The position numbers were made by a program, and so were the translations under genes. A stretch of DNA of 64,000 nucleotides from Octopus bimaculoides. Taxonomy: Eukaryota. Below, piece by piece: positions 39,411 through 51,240 of this stretch. The notes beneath the pieces are model-generated. The model saw nothing but the letters and a program-made list of their open reading frames with translations. It was not told the origin of the DNA and did not search any database. The stretch covers positions 27,018,239-27,082,238 of the forward strand of contig NC_068987.1 in assembly GCF_001194135.2 (NCBI RefSeq). The letters are read 5' to 3'. Within the stretch, counting starts at the first letter, position 1; each line of letters starts with the position of its first letter.

Positions 39411-40369
39411 TCAAATTCCGAATTCCTTTCATTTTTTCTTTCCATAGCGCCTGCATCATCTGTGAAAAATGTGCCCAAATACCTTTTTATTTCTTGCAAA
39501 TAATTGAGAACATAATTGAATATAATGACAATTATGATTGAAGTTGTTGAGGTTCAACTTATATTCACCGATAAAAAACAAAACAAAAAAAAACTAAAGT
39601 CATTTAATACTGCATCCTTTGAGATGTAGCAATCCCTTCTATCTGCCGTTACCAGCAGGGAGCGTTGGCATATTTCTATGTGGCTTAACAATATTAAATC
39701 ACAATAGGTTGCTAATTAACTCCACGGAGACAAAGATAATGTCGAATACTTAAGTATTCCAGACAGAATGTCAATACATGCAACAGTATTTATTATATAT
39801 AATCACTGTAATAGCAATTACTAGATATTATATCAATGTTAACAGGATAAAAAAAATCTATATGAAAATAAACACATTTCTCTTACTCATTAAATAACGG
39901 CGGAGATTTTGTTTGTATTCAGAGATGTATAGTCAATTGTTGGAGGAAAATGTATACTGTGCCTGATCACTGAGAATAAACAACTTTAGATTTAGTGGCT
40001 AGCCGTTTTTTCATAGAAAATAATTGAAGCACATCCTGACGCTGTATAAAAGAAACAAACTTTTTTAACGGGATGCTGAAATCATTTCATCGTAGGAGAT
40101 ATACCTGGAAAGTGTAAATATTCCTCAGGGATGAATCAATAAATTGATATGAATGTTCATTAAATCATATTCATAGAAAGAAATCTATAGATCCTCTCAT
40201 ACATTGGATATTCCGTTCGATTCTTCGCTAATGAATGCCTATTTTGCTAATGAGTACTTACTGAGATACATTCACGACAGTGATTTGTTAAATAGATGAA
40301 CATATTCACAAAAAATGAACTATCAGGACACAATGAACTGTCTCTAAGGAATAAAGTTAGAGGAATATC

Positions 40370-40840
<471 letters not shown>

Positions 40841-41351
40841 TCGGTTTCCAAGGCCGTTAGCTATCTCAAAGCAGGAATATTGCTGATGTGATCTTGTAAA
40901 AACCATTAAGAGACGAAATGGAGAAATTGTGGAATATTCACTTTGAAATTGGTAAAGTAAACCGTTTGTCTTCTTTACAAACGAAAACGTAACATATGCC
41001 TATGTACTAGATATTCTTGATTCTTAATAAATAACAAGCCATAGTGTATTCTCAACACATCTCGATAAAACAATAAATATAAGACACAAGAGAGTAAATT
41101 GAATCTTTTCACGTGAGTCGCCTCATATCGCTCGTAAACAACTAAATGTCAGCATATATTTTCAAGACATTTATAATATTTCCGATTCGCTGCTTTAGTG
41201 CGATAGACGCTACCATTTGAAATGGTATCTCATATGGTAGCGTCTATCGTTCATTAAAATATTATGATGCGAGCTTAGACTTCTGAATGAAAGATCTTGC
41301 CTATTTAGTATATCTATCTATCTACCTATTTTCTATCGACTTGTGTGTGGG

Positions 41352-41382
<31 letters not shown>

Positions 41383-42736
41383 TCATGAAATTTTACTTTT
41401 ACAAGGAAGAGCGTACTGGACGGATAAATCACTATGTGTATACTTTTATCAAGACATGAAACTTCCTCAATCTTTGCACTATCGTTTACTGAATGAATTG
41501 CAGCTGGAAAGTAGCATGACAATATATAAGCAGCAACATTTAGAAACATTAAAGTATGCTTAGGTATCGAGATTAAATTGGTCATCGATAAACCGTGACA
41601 TAATTGGCGTCCATTTATATATTGGTTGGGACAGACTGGAGATGTTGATTCGTAGTAGCTCCTAAGATCACTCTGAGGATTTTGAGAAAACTTTCCTTTC
41701 GTATATATCTATTAAGTGGAGACATCGCGTATGTTATTGCTCAGAGGTTAGTTGAAATTCCTTTCGTGATTCTGTTTGAGGTGCTTTCGGATTTGGTAAT
41801 TCTGAGAAAATATCACTGTAGGGCGTGAAGGTATTACTGCATGCAATGTGGACTACTGTATGATATCTGCCAAAAACCAGATACAAATATTGAGTTTTTT
41901 TCTTAGCGGTTCTTTTGCTAAGACTATTGGCCTAGTTGAAAAGTAGTTTTTGAATTGCACAAAAGATAACTATTGTAGTGCATTTCATTATAGTGGTGGT
42001 TACAATAGTCAGTGATTTATGTACTGTTGTGTCGACTCCCCCAGGCGAAGAAGTAGAATCTCCCAAGACATATAAATAGAGGTAGTCTGGCCGTGCTAGG
42101 AGTGTTGAGTAGCAGTCGAGTAGCAGTTGTGTAGCGGTTGAGTAGAGACAATCCGAAGGTGCTAGATAGCAGTAGTATTGAGACATAACATGTAACATGC
42201 ATAAAAAGTGGAAGAGTGATTAGTTAGCAATCATTTTTACTTTAAGTGAACTTCCTTTTTAAAGTAAAATGCGTGATATTTTGCTCATCAGAAGAAGCAG
42301 CAAAAATACTACATACTTAGCATACGTATTGTTAGTATCTTAAGTTTATTGATTATTTATGTATGTGCTTGTTGAGGAATGGACCTAGTTAGGTCGATTT
42401 TTGTAACATTTAAAATGTAACTTCAAAATAACTATTTCATTGACACGTCACGGGACCAACATGACTGGCGAAAAATCATAACACATGAACAAATGTAATT
42501 TCACTTCATAGATTTCGAAATCAGAATACAATGTTGGAAAACTACCGGCTTGATCGGTTAGTCAATAGTGCTGAACTCAATAAAAAGCAATAAATATATT
42601 TGGAGGGTGAATTATTGAAATTACAATTTTTGATATAAATCTATCGTAATATACATGTAAACAAGAACATAACAAAATCATAAACTTCATTGGACTTTTG
42701 AAGAAAAATTGTCATAAAAATATTTTACCAATAAAT

Positions 42737-42750
42737 GTTTCCATGGCAAC
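42737..42750. promoter_or_regulatory. RFX X-box motif GTTTCCATGGCAAC
   Basis: Exact fit to the palindromic consensus GTTNCCATGGNAAC, in unique non-TE sequence. Function not shown. Confidence 0.5.
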
Positions 42751-42888
42751 ACGACCGATAGAGTTTTGAAAACATTTTCTAATTCTTACATTTATTGGTA
42801 GTTAAATTACTGCGTTCAACATCTTAAATTTTGGAGATTTACACCAAGTGAAGTAGACAGAAATAAATTTATGCGAATTGGGCAGATA

Positions 42889-42905
42889 TCATCATCATCA
42901 TCATC

Positions 42906-42976
<71 letters not shown>

Positions 42977-44482
42977 CATCATGATCATCATCATCATCAT
43001 CATCACCATCATCATCGTCGTCGTCATCACCATCATCATTATCATTATGTTCATTATCGAGACAATCATCATAATATCCAGTCTTCTTCGTCGTCAACGT
43101 CATCATCCTGCGTTGTTGTCATCGTTATGGTCACTGCCGTCACCATCAATTCTAACTTTATCGCCTTCGTAACTGTAGATGTCATCGTGAAAATCATTTC
43201 TAGAATCATCATCATCATCATCATCATAACTATCATCATGATTATTATCAGCATCAAAATAATCAATAAGGTCTTCTTCCTTGCTATCATAAATTTCGTC
43301 GTCGACTTCACTATTATAATGATCACCAATAGGACTATCATAACGGGGATCATAATCTTGAGAAGCACCACAAAAGAAGCATCGTAACATTACACCTACG
43401 TCATATTTTATAATCTCAGTAATCGAACAGATATTTATGATCACTATCATTGTCATCGTCGTCGTCGTTGTCATCGTCATCGCCGTCATCATCATCATCA
43501 TCATCATCATCTTCCTCCTCCTCCACCTCTTCCGCGTCCTCCACCTCTTCCTCGTCCTCCACCTCTTCCTCATCTTCCTCCACCTCTTCCTCCTCCTCCA
43601 CCCGTTCCTCCTCCACCTCCTCCTCCTCCACCTCTTCCTCCTCCTCCACCTCTTCCTCCTCCTCCACCTCTTCCTCCTCCACTTCTTCCTCCTCCACCTC
43701 NNNNNNNNNNNNNNNNNNNNNNNNNNNNNNNNNNNNNNNNNNNNNNNNNNNNNNNNNNNNNNNNNNNNNNNNNNNNNNNNNNNNNNNNNNNNNNNNNNNN
43801 NNNNNNNNNNNNNNNNNNNNNNNNNNNNNNNNNNNNNNNNNNNNNNNNNNNNNNNNNNNNNNNNNNNNNNNNNNNNNNNNNNNNNNNNNNNNNNNNNNNN
43901 NNNNNNNNNNNNNNNNNNNNNNNNNNNNNNNNNNNNNNNNNNNNNCCTCATCATCATCATCGTCACCACCATCATTGTCTCTAGGTTCATAAAACGATCA
44001 TAATCCTTATTTTCATCGTGACCAGCCTGGTGATTATAATCATAATATTAATACTTCAACTAACAACAACATCAAAAATAACGATGGTGATAAGCATGAC
44101 TATGATGGTGATGATGATGAGGAAGTGGAGGAAAGGGTGTTGGTGGTGGTGGTGGGCTTGGTTTTAGTGAGGAAGATGATGAGGAGGGGTGGACAAGGAA
44201 GCATTGGATAAGGGAGTAGAGAAGGAAGAGGGCTACAATGGCGATGATAATGATGGAAACGATCATCATCATTAACGCAATCGGTTGCAGCGCGATGGCG
44301 ACCATCGTCATCACTAACCCACAATTATTTCCATCACCATCATAATTGGTAAGTTTAATGGCGGTGATTATTTTAACAGTATAATCATAATTATGACGAA
44401 GGTGAAGCTGCTGATGCTGCCGAAGTTGCTGCCGATGACGATGACGTGACGACGACGACGACGACGACAACGACGATGATGG

Positions 44483-44523
<41 letters not shown>

Positions 44524-44640
44524 GTGGTGGTAGTGGTGGTGCTGCTGCTGCTGACGATGATGATCATAATGCTGATAATGAAGACGATGATGATGATGAT
44601 GACGACGACGACGATTATGATTATGATTATCCTATCATCA
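42889..44640. repeat. Low-complexity block: (ATC)n/(AAT)n, an 18-bp-type CTCCTCCTCCACCTCTTC minisatellite (about 43510-43700), a gap, then (GAT)n/(GAC)n/(GGT)n
   Basis: Seen directly; explains the spurious poly-D/E/H/I/S ORFs. Confidence 0.95.
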
Positions 44641-45077
44641 TATTGTTGCTTACAGTCATCGTCATGAAAGGGAGCACTGCCGTTATTGCGCGCCATACTT
44701 TTAATATTACCATTAATATTGTTGTTTATGCTGTTAACATCAGTGATCATATAAATTGATATTGTTGTATTTAATATCGGCATCGCTATGTTATATCTTC
44801 TGTCCATACTCAACTTTCATACTTATCTAATATATACTTTATTTTTATGGCAATGTTTCTTCGAGTCACATGTTTGTGTGAGTATATGTCTCGTTTGTGT
44901 TTGCGCGTGTTTTTGTTCTTCTGGCATTGTATATAGAGTTATATTTACACACACAGACACACAAACACACACACACACATCTACACGAATACACGATAAC
45001 ATACACAGTTACATAAGATGACACACAATACCATTTAGACTGTGATAAATCACTCAATAAAAAACACATATGTATGA

Positions 45078-45114
<37 letters not shown>

Positions 45115-46900
45115 TATATGTGTGTGTGTGTGTGTTTATGAATACATACGCACACACGCCCGAGCGTACACAAGCACCCCACCCACACACACACATATAT
45201 ATATATATAACCATATATGGCCGGGAAATTAAAAGAAAGGAAGACATAGAAGTTAATCAAAGAAAACGTAAAGATGGTTATATACTTAGAAACCCGGATG
45301 ATACAGTTTAATGCTGCAAAGATAATTCGAACATTTAGATATTCAACTCTCCCACAATCTAAGAGCAAAATCAGAAATCCTGGTTTTAATCTCTCCGTTG
45401 ACAGAAAAAAAGTACAATTCAACTAACCATTTCCTGTTTAGTAGTAACAGAATAACCATCCTTTTATTAGCTTAGAGCAATCTATTGTGTGCACCAAATG
45501 ACACTCAGCTAAACATGTTAGTCTAATCTGAATAATGACAGTGCTGTAATCGATCCTGCTGATGATCAATTTATGATAATGACGATGATGATTATCTCAT
45601 GATCAAATTGTTACCGTATCCATTTTTATTCTGGGTGATACAGTTGCCATTAATATTATTCTTCACTTTGTTGATATCAGTGATCATACAAACTGAATTT
45701 GTTTACAAATATATTACTATGTAATACCTATACACAAACAGCATTCACTCTCACATAACACATATTATATTTCCACAGCGATTTTTCCTATTGTCAAATA
45801 TGCGTGTGCCTGTTTATGATCATACTTTGAGAGTTTGCTTTAAATAATTAAGTAATTATTCCATATTAATTAATTCATCATGAATTACAGCGTTTTAGAT
45901 GGGCAATGTAATGTATATTTCTATTTCTATTGATAAACGTGGGACGAATTTGTCTAGTTTTAAGTCATGCAACACACTTATCGTGGAAAGAAACTAATCT
46001 CGTTTGTTTGCTTTTTCTGTCAACGAAGAAACAGTCTATTGTTACTACGTTGTGAAGTCTTCACAGCAAAGCTAAAGCAACATCATATTGTGAATTGTTC
46101 TTATACTTCCGTTTTAGTTTGCGTAGTTTTAGCAATGTGGGTTTTTGTGATTTCAAACGATTCGAGCAACAACGTAAAATTTCATTCGTTGACTTGTATT
46201 AATGTTGCGGTTTGAATCTTTTATGGCATTCAATAAAAATGTCATTACGTTGTCCAGACATCCAGAAAGGTATCACCAAACATTAATCTTGATATATTTT
46301 GTATTTCATAATCATAAACAACTATTTAATTTCACATTTTTTTTTACTGTCGCTAGATATCATATTCTCATTCGACTGAATGCCTACGTTAAATCTTTAA
46401 TTAATTTGGATTTCATGGTTGTTTTTCTTTACCAGAGTTAATCACTGAAATTAATGACATTCCTCATTTTCAAAACGGGCGTAATTTTAATGAATTAAAC
46501 ATCTTTCTCAGCTCACTACATTAAAGATTGTCGCAAGCAATTTTTATTCTTTATCTTCAAGTAGATAAGACGTCATAATGGCATATGAGACATTAATATT
46601 TCACCGTTCCAGCTGTGTGTTTATTACTAAAACACTTTATATATTTTGTCTAATTTATTCTAATAACCGAAAAAAGATTTATTATAATTATAGAGCTTGT
46701 TGTCTTAAGAGACATGCTCATTGCATATAATACAAATTCTTAAAATATAATTTGTACGTAAGTAGATCATGTTTAAATATTCAAGTAAGAATAGAAATAT
46801 CAACAAGGAACAACTGGATTATACTGCTTCCACGTATTCAAGTGACCTTGATATACGAAAACAATTTGTGGCGTAAGAGATTGCTTCTTCACCGTAAATA

Positions 46901-48371
46901 CACTCAACCGCAAAAGAGACGCGATTTTTTCAAATGTCATTTTTATATGGTTAATTCTGAAAATTTATTTCGGGGATGTAAGTGTAAATATTCCAAGAGA
47001 TGCTGTTTTATGGCAGGTAACCATTGAGCTTTCCCTGAGACGAGAGGCCAAAACGCAGCTGCGTTGTATGCCGTGGATGATACTCGCAAACAGTTGTCAT
47101 GAAATCCGAAATGCACGTGCATCTCGTGGAGGTTATGGTTATAAAAATCGACTTGAAGCTGGCATTCGTAATTTGGACACATCAGGTATGATTCGTTGGT
47201 CAGAAACGCAGAGAGAACAAGCTGTCGGACGATTTAAAGCAGGGCAGCGTACTCTGCTTGTTGCGAAAGGTGACAATATCCGTGTCAGCACCGTCTATCG
47301 CCTGCAACAGCGATACAACAACACCAGCAACTACAGACCGTGCCTGCAGAGGACACCCCCGTGTGACCACGCCCAGGCAGGACCACTTAATTCACCTGCA
47401 ACCCCTCCATGATCGCTTCAGACCGGCCAGCATGACAGCTCGCGAGACCATTGGCACGGGGCACTGGCCCATAGGCGACGACTCGGTACGACGCCGACTG
47501 GCCGCCAACAATCTGCGTTGCCGTCGTCTTTCTCGAAGGCCTGTCCTCACAGCCTGCCACCGTCAGGAACGACTACAGTGGGCTACACAGCACCAGTATT
47601 GGCGGCAGCAACAATGAATGTCGACAGTCATCTCTGACGAGAGCCGCTACTGCGTTTCCACCTCAGATGGCAGTTAGGGTGTGACGTAGGAGAGGGTTAA
47701 CGCTACAGAGACGCATATCTCATGGAAAGAGACGCATGTGGTGCCCAAAGCATCAAGGTTTGGGGTACTATAGACCTTAATCAGAGAACTGGGCCCAATG
47801 TGTTCTAAAATGTTGGTTCAGACAAAGGGAATGGCATCACAGCGCAGCACTACGTTGACCAGATCCGAATACTTCAAATAGTGCTATTCTTCGCGCGTCA
47901 CCATAGCCATGTGTTCTAGTAGGACAATACTCCCTCCCACACGGCCAAGGTCACCATGGACTTCCTACATCAGCACAACATCAGAACCATGCCGTGGCTG
48001 GCTCTCTGCCCGGAAAAGGCTGAACCAGTTGGTCTCAAGGCTGATAACTCGTGTGGAACTGGAGGCAGCTTTTCCCCGGGTTTGGGAACAGGTGCCAATG
48101 GCGTTGGTGAACCGCTTCAGGCACTCCATGTACCGACGATGTATCGTCGTTTTGAACACTCAGAGTGAGTATACACGGTATTGAAAATGCCACGCCATGT
48201 AATCCGGAGGTGCTGGATCCGCCCACTACCATAACACTTGACAACGACCAATAGACTGTAGTCAAAGTGCTTCGAAAGAATTTACTTTATCAGATTTATC
48301 AAAATTTATCTTTAACATAATGAAATTAAAGCATATTTCACAGTCACATACGTTTCTTCTGCGGTTCAGAA
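46901..48371 (+). mobile_element. Near full-length decayed Tc1-family DNA transposon with both TIRs and TA target duplication
   Basis: Left TA|cactcaaccgcaaaagagacg, right cgtttcttctgcggttcagaa|TA. Transposase remnants MIRWSETQREQAVGRFKAGQ, GHPRVTTPRQDH, VRRRLAANNLRCRR, SDESRYC, DNTPSHTAKVTMDFL..MPWLA. Stops, frameshifts and a deletion around the third catalytic residue. Confidence 0.92.
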
Positions 48372-48889
48372 TATGTCTAGTTTTCAACAGTAGTGTGCAA
48401 TAGTTTCTATTATTTGTTGATGCTTAAGTGCAGTAGATGTGCAGTAGATGCGCCTAACGCAGAGGGGCGCCGTCTAAATGAGTAATAACATTTAGTTTTG
48501 GTTTTCATCCTATTAAGGGATATGTACTTAAAAGTATTGAGATACATTGTTTATGACTTTCATATTAACTTATATTCCTTATTCGGTGCTACAACTGTTG
48601 CGATTTGTTATGGATTTAGTTCGTCCAACGTATCCATTCGATATGGAAGAAATGCTCCATGTATTCGATGAGAAAGAACTTCAAACACCGTGATTTCTCA
48701 CCGGTTTGTTTATCCATAAACAACAACCTTCTTTTGCAGCTAATATTTCAATGTAATACTTCAAATGCTATGTACATTCCTCCATCACATACTTAGCCAG
48801 GGTTAACTTTGTCTATTGATTTGATTTTTGGGGTGTATTTTCTTTTGGGTCTTTTTCTCTTATCAGTCCGCCTTGAAATATTTAATTTC

Positions 48890-49110
48890 AATATTGGTTT
48901 CAAAATTTTAACACAAGGCCAGTAAGTTCAGGGAACTGGCAGGTGGATTACATCAACCCCAGTGTTCAAATGGTACTTATCTTATCAACCCCGAAATAAT
49001 AAAAGGCGAAGTGGACCTTGGTGGAATTTAAAATCAGACTGAAAAGACGGATGAAATGCCGCGAAACATTTTGTCCAGCGTGCTAACGATTTTATCAGCT
49101 CACCGTCCTT
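48890..49110 (-). mobile_element. SINE family A, diverged
   Basis: ggtacttatcttatcaaccccgaa..gtggaatttaaaatcagac..gacggatgaaatgccgc..gtgctaacgatt. Confidence 0.8.
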
Positions 49111-50149
49111 AATTTCTGTTACATTATTCGTTGCTTCCATCGTACACAATTGTATTTATATTTGTAGTTCCACATTCATTTATTACATGGCAAGCACCTC
49201 CCATCTCCTCACTGAGTATTTGATAGTTACCTTCAGTTTTTTGAGCAAATACAAGCTCTATTTCGTACATTTTGCTACACGTATCCAAATATCTCTAGCT
49301 TATAGCATTCCCACTTCTTGTGTTTTCACGTTATATATTTAGTGTACAACATTATATATTTAGCGGACAACGATTAAATCTATTATGAAGAAGCTTGGAA
49401 TATAAACAGTAAAGTGAAATAGAAGAGCAATGAGAGAGACAGATAGCAAAACGAAGGAAGAGGTAGCTCTATTTAGCATTGTTCTTGGAATATTTACGTG
49501 TTTACAGTAACACGTTGCTGAGAAGATCAACATGCTTATGTAATTTTCAAGGAATCTAAAAGATTCCTTATTGATTTTTGCAGTAATATCCATCGTTTTA
49601 AAAATGTTTGAATCGTATTTTATGAAGTATGAAAGATTCACAGAGGCGTTCAGTGCGTTATATTTTTATCATAATAAGCGCAATAGCTGTCATACAACAC
49701 GATAAGTTTATCGACAATAAAACTATCGCTATTATCATGGCTTAGAATAGTTATCGATGAAGACTGTAAATGTGTACGATCGGCACTCTCTTTATATTAA
49801 TTTTGCATTTAAAATATGAATATCACTACTTGCCATGCGCACTTATCTTTTATCGATATGTACTCAATTCAATATTTAATGTAAGAGAAATGCGATTGAG
49901 TTTTAATATAAAGTAGCCAAGTTTTCTTTCTCTCGACAATAAATAGTTTTAATAAATGCTGAACATGAATAAAATATGAACTCTAACCAGTAAAAACGTT
50001 TTCAATTAAATTCCTCTAAATAACAAGAAAAGACTGGGAATTTAAGTGGTAGAAACGGGAGGGTGCAGAGCGAAATACATTGCGCTAATTTGCCGTCTTT
50101 TTCGTTTTTACACTCCTAGTTAAAAATCAAAGTCGACTTTTTCTTACAG

Positions 50150-51240
50150 TACTGCTGGATCTACCGAGACGGTACCGGTAATGTACTCATACGGAATTCA
50201 ATGGACTATATCTTTCTATATCTGACAGAATATTTATTGTCGTTCTTCCTTGTATACACTGTAGTCAGGAACACGCTCCGGTCAGGTATGCACTCTGACC
50301 AAGAGGCATATGCTCAAGCCAATGTCATATTTCCCTTTGATCACTACAAAATCAATAAAATGAAGACTCAATACAATATATTTGTTGCAATTACCAATTA
50401 CTTTAACTGTTAGTTTTGATAGATTCTGTGAAATTTCAGTTCGAACTTCATGCTACCATGTGTTCGGTGTTTTCAATCCAGGTTTCCTACCTCTACGGTA
50501 AATTCAACCGGAATCACTGTACAGAGACTTCACTACTGAAGATTGAATGCATAGTTTACAGATCCAAAAGCTTACACTATCCGGATTAGCGAGCTAAATA
50601 ATCGAGAATTCCTGAATAATTTCTGTCAAATAAGTGAGGGTCGGAATAAAATAATACATAAAATTAAAATTGTCTATGCTTCATACGGGTACATCCTTTT
50701 ATCACTTTTTTCGATTATAAGTCTTGACTGCAGGGGTTTGCTGAAGTGCTTTTAATGATGGATCACGGGAGAGTGTTCATGAAGATGAACAATATCATTT
50801 TCATGGTGGGGACTGTGTCAGAAATCGAGGTTATCGACACTGAAATGGAAAATTTTGAGTTGGTTAGAGCAAAGAAGACTAACAGAAAGATAAGCTTGCC
50901 ATATAGCAAGACTGTCTAGTTTACATCACTGGACCAAGTGTCCAGTTAAAGAGGTATGAGTTTGTTTGGGTTTCCCCAAGACAAGAATCGTGAAGTGATT
51001 ACTAGGAATTTAGCCGATCCCACTTATAAGTGAAGTGGAAGTTCTCTGAACGTTCATGTGATGGTAAATTTCTATACTAGTTCGGTGGTGTACTGCAACC
51101 AGAATCTTGTACCGTTTTAGGAGTATCTAGAGAGTCGAGTCCTTTGGCACATTCGCTTCCAGTGTAACATACACATTCCAGTTGTGAAAATGTTCATGTA
51201 CCGCAACACCCACTTTAGAGGGTTTGATATTCGGGGAGAC
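50150..51240 (-). mobile_element. Heavily decayed CR1/L2-group LINE, endonuclease-region remnant
   Basis: GC-richer coding-like stretch with no open frame; weak similarity to APE-domain segments near 50740-50810 and 51000-51230. Confidence 0.3.

Noticed and set aside
39744-39759. 16-bp perfect palindrome gaatacttaagtattc
   Set aside because: AT-rich and isolated; plausible by chance in 64 kb.
41209-41226. accatttgaaat resembling miR-29
   Set aside because: The seed (AGCACCA) is absent and the match straddles the hairpin loop.
42816-44813. Poly-His/Asn/Asp/Glu/Ser ORFs
   Set aside because: They arise from trinucleotide repeats, are open in several frames and on both strands, and have no splice or domain support.
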